Below are positions 1 to 8,683 of a DNA stretch of 64,000 nt, piece by piece. Source of the stretch: Eubacteriales bacterium (GTDB taxonomy: Bacteria; Bacillota; Clostridia; Oscillospirales; CAG-272); contig JBGVPG010000019.1 in assembly GCA_045126855.1 (NCBI GenBank), forward strand, positions 5,061 through 69,060, read 5' to 3'. The translations under genes were made by a program, and so were the position numbers. Each line of letters begins with the position of its first letter. Position 1 is the stretch's first letter. The notes beneath the pieces are model-generated. The model was not told the origin of the DNA. It searched no databases and saw nothing but the letters and a program-made list of their open reading frames with translations.

Positions 1-843
1 AAGCTGGTAGAAGAAGGAGGCAACCGAAAGGCTCTGCTCGTAGCCTGTGGGATGACGGCTTACCGTCTCGCTTGCAAAGTCAAAGAAAATGAGGTCACGT
101 CCTACCGCACAATCCTCGCCAACGCATCTGAGCTTAAAGCCCTTGTATGCCTCGGTGGTGCTTACGAAGCTGGCAAAGGAAAGCCTCTCCCTCATCTCGT
201 AGGGGAGAACGCTCATAATAGCGTTGATGATCACAAGCGCCTCATCCGAGGCCTTGGAATCCTCCACGGGGAGACGGAAGCAGACATCCTCACCGCCCTC
301 GCACAGAGATGCGGCTACCGCATAAATTAGTCCCTTCATCATCTCGGGGCTGTACTTCTTTACCACCCCATGAGAAGCCGTCAGTGGACGGGGGGTATAC
401 ACCTTGTCTGCAAGGGAGGGATTTGCCGACGCCGCAGGGTCGGTAAGCTTGAATACCGATACGTCGGTAATGAACATATCGGGGTTGTATACGTCGTTGG
501 TATTGCCGTAGAAAACGGCTGCACGCTCCTGCTGATTTAAAATCAGCGAATGAGCAAGATATGCGCTTCTCTCACCTGTAAAGTCGGTGGGAAGATATTT
601 AAGAGTGGTCTGCACGATATCACCGTCCGAGAGCCTCGCCTGGCTATAGACCGTGGGAATCTCACCCCTTCTGATCCTGACGGGATTATGAACCGCAAGC
701 TTATCCTTATACATAGGAGCAAGCTCACCCATAACGACGTCACCGGGAAGGGTCTCACTCTTTGCAAAGGTGTCAAAGCCGTCGCATTTATTATAAAGAC
801 TTACACGTGCAGGTACACGGGAATAAAAATGCTGTCGTGCCAT
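1..843 (-). CDS. Hypothetical protein, GAP1-N2/GAP1-M-like; 3' end runs off the window
   Basis: Not in the ORF track. Hand translation from ATG at 843 (RBS GAAAGGA) stays open to position 1: MARQHFYSRVPARVSLYNKCDGFDTFAKS...GERSAYLAHSLIL...AIMSVLPYEMRERLSFASF. Family call is by motif recollection. Confidence 0.6.
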   Translation of the reverse strand, partial: MARQHFYSRVPARVSLYNKCDGFDTFAKSETLPGDVVMGELAPMYKDKLAVHNPVRIRRGEIPTVYSQARLSDGDIVQTTLKYLPTDFTGERSAYLAHSLILNQQERAAVFYGNTNDVYNPDMFITDVSVFKLTDPAASANPSLADKVYTPRPLTASHGVVKKYSPEMMKGLIYAVAASLCEGGEDVCFRLPVEDSKASDEALVIINAIMSVLPYEMRERLSFASFVSTTEAYKGFKLRCVGEDCAVGRDLIFFDFASETVSRHPTGYEQSLSVASFFYQL

Positions 844-920
844 AGTTATCCTTTCTCGTGGGAGCATGGAGCTCCCGAATTTCGTCTATTGAAATCCGCA
901 CAAGCGGAAATTTTGCCGTT

Positions 921-1424
921 TTAAAAACCGCTGATGGGCAGGTCCTCATTGTCCTCGCCCTTCGTAATTTTCTTTATTTGAACGTAATATGTCATGGTGT
1001 CGTTAACACGGACAAGCACACGGTCGCCGACCTTATGGCCCATAAGTGCGATGCCAAGAGGAGACTCCTTGCTGACAAAGCCAAGAAGTGCGTTCTGGCG
1101 GAGGGTGGTAACGATCTGTATCTCCTTCTCCGCATTCATCTTTTCGTTAAAGACCAAAACCTTGTCGAAGAGGGTTACCACGTCATCCTTCTCCTCGATC
1201 TCAATAACCTTAGCGGTTCTAACCATCGCCTCGAGATACCTGATACGGCTCTCGTTCTTACGTTTCAAATATTTGGCTTCCTTGTACTCGGCATTTTCCG
1301 AAAGGTCGCCGTATTCTCTGGTGCGCTTCAGCTCCGCACCAAGCTCGGGAGCGAGGATGTTTTTGCGATAAGCAATCTCCTCCTCCATCTTTTTTATGTC
1401 AACTTCTGTTAATTCGTCGTACAT
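921..1424 (-). CDS. greA: Transcription elongation factor GreA/GreB family
   Basis: GDLSENAEY motif and SKESPLGIALMGHKVGD; start taken at MYDELT. Confidence 0.93.
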   Translation of the reverse strand: MYDELTEVDIKKMEEEIAYRKNILAPELGAELKRTREYGDLSENAEYKEAKYLKRKNESRIRYLEAMVRTAKVIEIEEKDDVVTLFDKVLVFNEKMNAEKEIQIVTTLRQNALLGFVSKESPLGIALMGHKVGDRVLVRVNDTMTYYVQIKKITKGEDNEDLPISGF

Positions 1425-1447
1425 TCTGACTTTCCTGGAGTTTTGAT

Positions 1448-1472
1448 TGGGGCTGTCGGAGGACAGCCCCAA
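1448..1472. repeat. GGGGCTGTC-N-GACAGCCCC palindrome (REP-like hairpin or terminator)
   Basis: ttggggctgtc-gga-ggacagccccaa; the same stem recurs at 25445-25470. Confidence 0.5.
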
Positions 1473-1524
1473 AGATTTCAGACTTTTTCGGTCTCACCAA
1501 ATATGACATCCCACATTTTGTCGA

Positions 1525-2724
1525 TTATGAGAGAGAATTAAGGATTTCAAGTGTATCCCTTGCGATCACAAGCTCCTCGTTGGTGGGAATGACAAGAACC
1601 TTAATGGGAGAATCGGGAGTAGAGATATCGATCTCCTCGCCGCGAACCTTGTTCTTTTCAGCGTCGATCTTGACGCCGAGGAATGCGAGCTGCTCGCCAA
1701 GAGCCGCTCTGTAGTGTCCTGCGTTCTCACCGATACCACCTGTAAATACGATAGCGTCAGCGCCGCCCATAGCAAGCATATATGCGCCTACGTTCTTTGC
1801 GATCTGATGAGAATACATCTCCTCGCATAGGATAGCTCTCTTGTCGCCCGACTCTGCAAGTCTGCCGATCTCCTGGTTATCGCTTGTCTTACCGGAAACA
1901 CCGAGCATACCCGACTTCTTGTTGAGCATCTTGTCAATGTCGTCAGCAGTTGTGATCTCGCCCTTACGCATAAGGTAAGGAATGATAGCAGGGTCGATGT
2001 TACCCGAACGGGTACCCATCATAATACCCTCGAGAGGAGTAACACCCATAGAGGTGTCGAAGCACTTGCCGCCCTTAACCGCTGCAAAGGATGCGCCGTT
2101 GCCGAGGTGACAGGTGATCACGTTGCACTGATCCAGGGGCTTGCCAAGCATAGCCGCAGCTCTCTCGCTTACGTAGCGGTGAGAGGTACCGTGGAAGCCG
2201 TAGCGACGGATCTTGTAATTCTCGTAATATTCGTAAGGAAGTGCGTACATGTAAGATGCATCGGGCATGGTCTGGTGGAATGCGGTATCGAATACTGCAA
2301 CCTGGGGAACGCCCATAAGCTTTTCGCAAACAACGATGCCGTTAAGGTTTGCGGGATTGTGAAGGGGTGCAAGGTCTGCGCACTCTGCGATGATCTCCTT
2401 AACCTCGTCGGTTACGAGAACAGAGGAAGCAAACTTCTCACCGCCGTGAACAACTCTGTGTCCAACTGCGCCGATCTCGGATACAGACTTGATAACGCCC
2501 ATCTTCTCGTCAACGAGAGTGTTGAGAACGAGCTGAAGAGCCTCTGCATGAGTGGGCATGGAAATAGCAGCCTTATAATCCTCTCTGCCGGGAACCTTGT
2601 ACTTGAAGCCCGACTTACCGCCGATCTCCTCACAAATACCCTTGGCAATTACCTGCTCGTTTTCCATATCGATAAGCTGGAATTTGAGAGAGGAGCTACC
2701 TGCGTTGATAACCAGAATCTTCAT
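1525..2724 (-). CDS. ackA: Acetate kinase
   Basis: MKILVINAGSSSLKFQL, GHRVVHGG, APLHNPAN, RRYGFHGTSH, IPTNEEL. Confidence 0.98.
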   Translation of the reverse strand: MKILVINAGSSSLKFQLIDMENEQVIAKGICEEIGGKSGFKYKVPGREDYKAAISMPTHAEALQLVLNTLVDEKMGVIKSVSEIGAVGHRVVHGGEKFASSVLVTDEVKEIIAECADLAPLHNPANLNGIVVCEKLMGVPQVAVFDTAFHQTMPDASYMYALPYEYYENYKIRRYGFHGTSHRYVSERAAAMLGKPLDQCNVITCHLGNGASFAAVKGGKCFDTSMGVTPLEGIMMGTRSGNIDPAIIPYLMRKGEITTADDIDKMLNKKSGMLGVSGKTSDNQEIGRLAESGDKRAILCEEMYSHQIAKNVGAYMLAMGGADAIVFTGGIGENAGHYRAALGEQLAFLGVKIDAEKNKVRGEEIDISTPDSPIKVLVIPTNEELVIARDTLEILNSLS

Positions 2725-2753
2725 TTTGATTTTCCTCCAAAATATATTATTAA

Positions 2754-3224
2754 TTAATTTCTAAGCAAAAAATGATAAACGAGGGCGATCACAGCTCCAA
2801 GAAGCGAGCCGACAACGACCTGCAAGGGAGTATGACCTACGAGGACCTTCAGCTTTTCGGTCTTGATCTTATCATCGTGCTCGGAGAAGTAATCGTTGAG
2901 CTGCTCAACGATGCTGATGATAGAACGCGCGTGCTTTCCGGCCTCTGCTCTTACACCGGTGGCGTCGTGCATAACCACGATGGCAAAGACCATGGCAAGA
3001 CCGAATACAGGGCTGCCAAATCCCTCCGTAAGACCGCACATTACCGCTAAAGCAGTAACGGTAGCAGAATGTCCGCTGGGCATACCTCCGTCACCGACGA
3101 GACGGTCAAAAGAAAACTTTTTATTTACGATTGCGTTAATTATGCTCTTTACGACCTGGGCTATGATCCAAGCGCATCCGGGAACGATTAAAACGGGATT
3201 GGTCAGAATATTGAGGAAGTCCAT
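2754..3224 (-). CDS. Divergent PAP2 family membrane protein (DUF212/YuiD-like)
   Basis: GGMPSGHSA, VMHDATGVR and GHTPLQV motifs. Confidence 0.9.
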   Translation of the reverse strand: MDFLNILTNPVLIVPGCAWIIAQVVKSIINAIVNKKFSFDRLVGDGGMPSGHSATVTALAVMCGLTEGFGSPVFGLAMVFAIVVMHDATGVRAEAGKHARSIISIVEQLNDYFSEHDDKIKTEKLKVLVGHTPLQVVVGSLLGAVIALVYHFLLRN

Positions 3225-3415
3225 ATTATCATCTCCTTCGTTTGTGTTTCCAACATTAATATTTTATCACTTTTTTTATATAAATGCAATAGATATTTAA
3301 ATTTTTTAGCGATTTTGTTGTCAAAAACAGAAAAACGGAAACTTAGGCAAGCATTAAAATCTTGGATTTTGCTCTCAAAACACCGATTTTGCAAATCTTA
3401 GTTGTCATTTTAATG

Positions 3416-3452
3416 AAAAAATGCGCTCTTTTTCGTTTGAGAGCGCATTTTT
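3416..3452. terminator. Intrinsic terminator downstream of metA
   Basis: aaaaatgcgctc-N-gagcgcattttt hairpin with A/T tails. Confidence 0.75.
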
Positions 3453-3464
3453 GTTTTTCTGTTT

Positions 3465-4391
3465 TTATTTGATTTCCTTGATCTTCATTATGTCGTATGG
3501 CGTGGTCTGATATACGAAATAATTAAGCCAATTTGTGAAAAGGAGGGTGGCGTGGCCACGCCAGGTGCTCATGGGAGCCTTGGTATCGTCGTCGTTCGGG
3601 AAGTAATTTTCGGGAATCCTTGGGTTGATTCCTGCCGCCTTGTCACGGGTATATTCCTTATTCAGGGTGTCGGCATCGTACTCCGAGTGACCCGTGAGGA
3701 ACACCTGTCTTCCCCTCTTGGTCTTTACGGCGTAAACGCCAGCCTTGTCGGAGGATGCGAGAATTTTCAGTCCCTTGACCTCCTCAATATCCTCTCGCCT
3801 TACGGTGGTGTAACGGGAGTGTGGCACGTAGAACAGGTCATCAAATCCACGGAAGAGAATGGATTTTTTATGATCCACGTGGTGGGCGTATACACCCGAA
3901 AGCTTCTCCTCCATCATATACTTTTTGATGCCGAAGTGGTAGTAAAGTCCTGCCTGTGCACCCCAGCAAATGTGAAGGGTGGAATGAACGTGGGACTTAG
4001 ACCACTCCATGATCTCGCAGAGCTCGGGCCAATAGTCGACCTCCTCAAACTCCATCTTCTCAACGGGTGCACCGGTGATGATCATACCGTCGTAGAAATT
4101 GTCCTTTACGTCGGAAAACTCCTTATAAAAGGCGAGGAGATGATCCTCAGCGGTATTTTTCGCCTTGTGGGTGGTGGTTCGGATAAGCTCGATCTCCACC
4201 TGAAGGGGGGTGTTACCGAGAAGACGTGAAAGCTGTGTTTCGGTATCAATTTTCGTGGGCATAAGGTTGAGGATAAGTATCTTCAGGGGACGGATATCCT
4301 GCTTTATAGCCCTTTTTTCGGTCATAACGAAGATATTTTCGTTCTCCAACGTTTTGACCGCAGGTAATTCATTTGGAATTTTAATCGGCAT
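3465..4391 (-). CDS. metA: Homoserine O-acetyltransferase (MetA family)
   Basis: [30 protein letters not shown] carries Glu at the specificity position (acetyl-CoA type), consistent with the adjacent metY. Confidence 0.95.
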   Translation of the reverse strand: MPIKIPNELPAVKTLENENIFVMTEKRAIKQDIRPLKILILNLMPTKIDTETQLSRLLGNTPLQVEIELIRTTTHKAKNTAEDHLLAFYKEFSDVKDNFYDGMIITGAPVEKMEFEEVDYWPELCEIMEWSKSHVHSTLHICWGAQAGLYYHFGIKKYMMEEKLSGVYAHHVDHKKSILFRGFDDLFYVPHSRYTTVRREDIEEVKGLKILASSDKAGVYAVKTKRGRQVFLTGHSEYDADTLNKEYTRDKAAGINPRIPENYFPNDDDTKAPMSTWRGHATLLFTNWLNYFVYQTTPYDIMKIKEIK

Positions 4392-4406
4392 TTGTCGATA
4401 CCTTTC

Positions 4407-5693
4407 TTAGTCGATAGATGCAAGGGCTGCCGCAAGGTCCTCGATAAGGTCATCGGCAGACTCAATTCCGCAGGAATAGCGGATAAGGTCGGGGGATACG
4501 CCTGCGGCACGAAGCTCGTCGTCGTTCATCTGTCTGTGGGTTGCGCTTGCAGGGTGGAGACAGCAGGTGCGTGCGTCGGCAACGTGTGTCTCGATAGCAC
4601 CGAGAGTCATATTCTTCATAAACTTCTCAGCAGCGGCACGTCCGCCCTTTACTCCGAAGGAAACCACACCGCAGGAGCCGTTGGGAAGATATTTCTTAGC
4701 AAGCTCGTGGAACTCGTCGCCATCAAGGTCGGGATATTTTACCCAGGTAACGTTGGGGTGGGTCTGAAGGAACTTGGCAACCTTCAGGGCATTTTCACAA
4801 TGGCGTGCCATTCTCACGTGCAGGCTCTCGAGTCCGAGACCGAGAAGGAATGCCGACTGAGGAGACTGGGTGCAGCCAAAGTCACGCATAAGCTGTGCGG
4901 TCGCCTTGGTGATAAACGCACCCTCAAGGCCGAATTTGTCAACGTAGGTAACGCCGTGATAGCTGTCGTCGGGGGTGCAGAGGCCGGGGAATTTGCCCGA
5001 TGCTCGCCAGTCAAACTTACCCGAATCAACGATACAGCCGCCAACAGCAGAGCCGTGACCGTCCATATACTTGGTGGTGGAATGGGTCACGATATCGGCG
5101 CCCCACTCGATGGGACGACAGTTGATGGGAGTTGCGAAGGTGTTGTCAATAATAAGCGGAACGCCGTGGCGATGAGCCACCTTAGCGTAAAGCTCGATAT
5201 CAAGAACGCAGAGGGCGGGGTTGGCAATGGTCTCGCCGAACACAGCCTTGGTGTTGGGTCGCATAGCCGCCTCCAGCTCCTCCTCGGTGCAGTTGGGAGC
5301 AACGAAGGTGAACTCAACGCCCATACGCTTCATTGTAACCGCAAAGAGGTTGTAGCTTCCGCCGTAGATCGCAGAGGAGGAAACCACGTGGTCACCCTGA
5401 GAGGCGATGTTGAAAACAGCAAAGAAGTTCGCCGCCTGACCCGAGGAGGTCAGCATTGCGGCAGAACCGCCCTCAAGGGCGCAGATGCGAGCCGCAACGG
5501 TGTCGCAGGTAGGGTTCTGCAGACGGGAGTAGAAGTAGCCCGACGCCTCAAGGTCGAAGAGCTTACCCATATCCTCGCTGGTGGAATATTTGAAAGTAGT
5601 GCTCTGTACGATAGGGATCTGTCTCGGCTCACCGTTTCCGGGAGTGTAGCCACCCTGCACGCACTTTGTTTCGATTCTTAAATCCTTTTTCAT
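4407..5693 (-). CDS. metY: O-acetylhomoserine aminocarboxypropyltransferase/cysteine synthase
   Basis: YSRLQNPT, SSGQAA, DNTFATP, HSTTKY (PLP lysine), HPASATHRQ. Confidence 0.93.
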   Translation of the reverse strand: MKKDLRIETKCVQGGYTPGNGEPRQIPIVQSTTFKYSTSEDMGKLFDLEASGYFYSRLQNPTCDTVAARICALEGGSAAMLTSSGQAANFFAVFNIASQGDHVVSSSAIYGGSYNLFAVTMKRMGVEFTFVAPNCTEEELEAAMRPNTKAVFGETIANPALCVLDIELYAKVAHRHGVPLIIDNTFATPINCRPIEWGADIVTHSTTKYMDGHGSAVGGCIVDSGKFDWRASGKFPGLCTPDDSYHGVTYVDKFGLEGAFITKATAQLMRDFGCTQSPQSAFLLGLGLESLHVRMARHCENALKVAKFLQTHPNVTWVKYPDLDGDEFHELAKKYLPNGSCGVVSFGVKGGRAAAEKFMKNMTLGAIETHVADARTCCLHPASATHRQMNDDELRAAGVSPDLIRYSCGIESADDLIEDLAAALASID

Positions 5694-5751
5694 CTTAAAA
5701 TCCTCGATTTTTGATTAAAGTTCGCCCGAGATCGACTCTCGGGCGGTGTGG

Positions 5752-6903
5752 TTAGGTTTCAATCTCACGACCCTCAAGCGCCGCAAGTCCCTCACGGAAT
5801 GCACGGGCACCGAGAAGTCTCTCGTCCTCGTCTGCGCTCTCCAGCATGGGAAGAAGCTGACGGAAGAGCTCACCCTTCACCGACATATCACGGCGGAAGC
5901 TCTTAGTTCCGTAAAGAGGCAGGGTCTTATCCCTCATCTCAAAGGAGTAAAGACCGAAGGCATCACTGCCAAGGTTCTTGGGCAGGATAAATCTGGGGTC
6001 AATATCACCGACGAAATCAATGGAAAGTGCGGTGTTCTCGTCATACTTTTTCTCGCTGACAAGACGGCTCACACGGTTGATAACCTCGTTATTGCTGTCA
6101 ACGCCCGTAACGTCAAGGGTCTCGGTTCTGAAGACGATCTTACCAAAGGTAAGATTTTTCGCATCGATAGACATCTCGCCGTCCTTGTATTTGACGGTAA
6201 GAAGCTTTGCACCGCCAATACCGGGCTCGTCGTAGCCCGTGGACTCGATAGCACCCGAATAAGCGCAAAGAGCGCTGCCGATCTTGATAAATTCGCTGCC
6301 CTCGTGGCGAGAGCCGAATGCATAGTAATCTGCGCCAAATCTCTTGAGATCCTTGGACGATATAGGACAAAGGGTCGAGCCAACGGCACCGTCAAGGTCT
6401 GCATATCCGACTACGATATTGATCATAGAGCCGTCTCCTACGGTACGGTCGAAAATAGGACTTTCGGTAATGCTGTCGGTAACGAAGCCCCAGCCGTAAA
6501 CGACTACCCTGTCATCCTCAAAGTCAAATCTGTCGATCTTATCGGAGGTGAAGACGTAGCAGTTCTCGGGAAGTCTGCCCGAGGTATAGATAGGGTTATT
6601 CTCGTAGCAATCGTATCTGCCGGGAGCAATAATGAACTTTGTATGCTCCGAGGCACGGAACTCACGAATGAGAAGCTCTGCCGTATTGTTGGTGGCACAC
6701 TCGGTCTCAAAAAGGTCGCCGCTTATGAGAACGTAATCAATTCCCGCGCCACGGACGTACTCCATCATTTTTATAAAATTCTCACGAAGTCCTCTGCGTC
6801 TTTCATCGCTTTTCTCGGGCGAGAGGCCTGCAAAGGGGGTGTCAAGATGTATGTCTCCGAAATGGAGGAATTTCAAAACGGTTGTCTGAGCCTTATCACT
6901 CAT
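5752..6903 (-). CDS. SbcD/Mre11/YhaO-like metallophosphoesterase with degenerate active site
   Basis: GDIHLD and SGDLF are retained; GNHD is replaced by GRYD and GHxH by GSRH. Start could also be 6915. Confidence 0.8.
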   Translation of the reverse strand: MSDKAQTTVLKFLHFGDIHLDTPFAGLSPEKSDERRRGLRENFIKMMEYVRGAGIDYVLISGDLFETECATNNTAELLIREFRASEHTKFIIAPGRYDCYENNPIYTSGRLPENCYVFTSDKIDRFDFEDDRVVVYGWGFVTDSITESPIFDRTVGDGSMINIVVGYADLDGAVGSTLCPISSKDLKRFGADYYAFGSRHEGSEFIKIGSALCAYSGAIESTGYDEPGIGGAKLLTVKYKDGEMSIDAKNLTFGKIVFRTETLDVTGVDSNNEVINRVSRLVSEKKYDENTALSIDFVGDIDPRFILPKNLGSDAFGLYSFEMRDKTLPLYGTKSFRRDMSVKGELFRQLLPMLESADEDERLLGARAFREGLAALEGREIET

Positions 6904-7117
6904 TTTATGTACCATTCCTTTCCCGTTATAGGCGGCACTTTTGCCATGATTTGGCAGGCGCCGTTGAGTAAATATTATTTTACGATTACCATTATATCAT
7001 CTTTCGACGGCATTTGCAACATTTTTAACAAAAAAAGTAAAAAATACTTGAAAAAAATAAATCACTATGATAAAATAATAGTTGATAATTTAAGGCAGAA
7101 ATACATTGGAGGTAATT

Positions 7118-8632
7118 ATGCTCAATCTAGCCGTAAGAAATACAGGAAAGCTCATCAGAGAAAAATCCAAATCCGAGAATATCCGTCTCGGCAGACTTTT
7201 CACTAAAAAGGACACCGCACGCCTTATGGCAGGCATGCTTACTCTTGATGAGAAAAAGACAGTTTATACAATTCTCGACCCCGGTGCAGGCACCGGTATC
7301 CTCGCGGCAGCAGCAATCGAGGAGGTTTGCAAGAAATGCCCCTCCGCTACCCAGATCTTCATCACCTGCTACGAGAACAATCTCGTTTTCCTTCCCATGC
7401 TGAAGGACAACCTTGAAAGAATCAGAAAAAAGGTGCGCCACGACTACGGCGCAAAGCTTTACGTAACCGTATACGAGGAGAACTACCTCACCGATTCCAA
7501 GAATCACTACACCGTCTCTCTCTTTGACGAGACCCGTGAGGACAAGTTCGACCTTATTATCTGCAATCCCCCTCTCGACCTCATCGACAAATACTCCCCC
7601 GAGGCAGAGGCGGTCGGCAAGGTGACCCAGCTCAAGACTGCGGCAGCATATCTCTTCTGCCGTCTTGCCGCAAAGCACCTCGAGGATGGCGGCCAGCTTG
7701 TAATTATGCTTCCCACCACCGCATCCACCTCCGCAGGCCTTGCTCCCTTCAGAAAGGAAATGGCAAACGCCCTTTCTCTTCGCAAGATCCACCTCTTCGT
7801 AGGAAAGCAGAAGAACCAGAAGCGTGCGGTTCCCCTTAAAAAGTCCTTTATTCTTGCTTATGCAAAGGCAGAGAAGACCGACACTATTGACGTTACCACC
7901 TCGGTTGACAACGGTGCGACCGTCGTTACCCTGCCCCCCGTTCCCTACGGCTTTGTCGTTGACTCCGCCGACGGAACTCTCACCCTTCCCAAGAGCGTTG
8001 AGGACACCAAGATCGTTAAGCACATCTCCGACCTTCCCGAGACCCTCTCAAGCCTAGGACTCAAGGTATCCACCGGTCTCGTTCTCGACTCCAGATGCGA
8101 GGGTATGCTCTTCACCGAGCCTATGAATGGTGCTGTTCCCGTGCTTCGTCCCTCGGCTATCAAGGGCGGTCAGATCCGCTTCCCCCAGCCCGTAAAGAGA
8201 CAGTATCTTGTGACCAACGACGAGCGCCTTGTTCAGAAGAACAAGAATATGATCATCATCAAGCGTGTGCCTGCAAAGAGCGACGAAAGATTCGTCAACT
8301 CAGCTATCTACATGGCGGCTCAGCTTCCCGGATACAGATACATAAGCACCCACAACAAGATCAACTTCATCGACACCGTCAATAAGAACGAGGAGATGTC
8401 CCCCAGATTCGTCTTTGGTCTCTTCGCCCTTCTCAACTCCACAATCTACGACAGATACATTTCCATTATGTCCAAATCTAAGCAGATCAACGCTAAGGAA
8501 ATGAAGGATCTTCCCCTTCCTCCCAGACACATTATCGAGAACATCGGTATGCGTCTTATGAGCGCAAGACAGACCAGCGTTGCTATGTGCGACCAGCTTG
8601 TTAATCCCACCCTTCATATTATAGGAAGATAA
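7118..8632 (+). CDS. Eco57I/BsuBI-PstI-like adenine DNA methyltransferase homolog (NPPL variant)
   Basis: ILDPGAGTG motif I; IICNPPL in place of NPPY; C-terminal VSTG, KRVPAK, LLNSTIYDRY and QINAKEMKDLPLP. RBS GGAGG precedes ATG 7118. Confidence 0.8.
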   Translation: MLNLAVRNTGKLIREKSKSENIRLGRLFTKKDTARLMAGMLTLDEKKTVYTILDPGAGTGILAAAAIEEVCKKCPSATQIFITCYENNLVFLPMLKDNLERIRKKVRHDYGAKLYVTVYEENYLTDSKNHYTVSLFDETREDKFDLIICNPPLDLIDKYSPEAEAVGKVTQLKTAAAYLFCRLAAKHLEDGGQLVIMLPTTASTSAGLAPFRKEMANALSLRKIHLFVGKQKNQKRAVPLKKSFILAYAKAEKTDTIDVTTSVDNGATVVTLPPVPYGFVVDSADGTLTLPKSVEDTKIVKHISDLPETLSSLGLKVSTGLVLDSRCEGMLFTEPMNGAVPVLRPSAIKGGQIRFPQPVKRQYLVTNDERLVQKNKNMIIIKRVPAKSDERFVNSAIYMAAQLPGYRYISTHNKINFIDTVNKNEEMSPRFVFGLFALLNSTIYDRYISIMSKSKQINAKEMKDLPLPPRHIIENIGMRLMSARQTSVAMCDQLVNPTLHIIGR

Positions 8633-8683
8633 TTTTTAATCGGTTATCAATAATATAAATCAACCTTTCAAGGCGAGGTTCAT

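Noticed and set aside
5694-5751. SAM riboswitch or T-box upstream of metY
   Set aside because: The gap is only 58 bp with a single hairpin (5723-5745) and no aptamer consensus.
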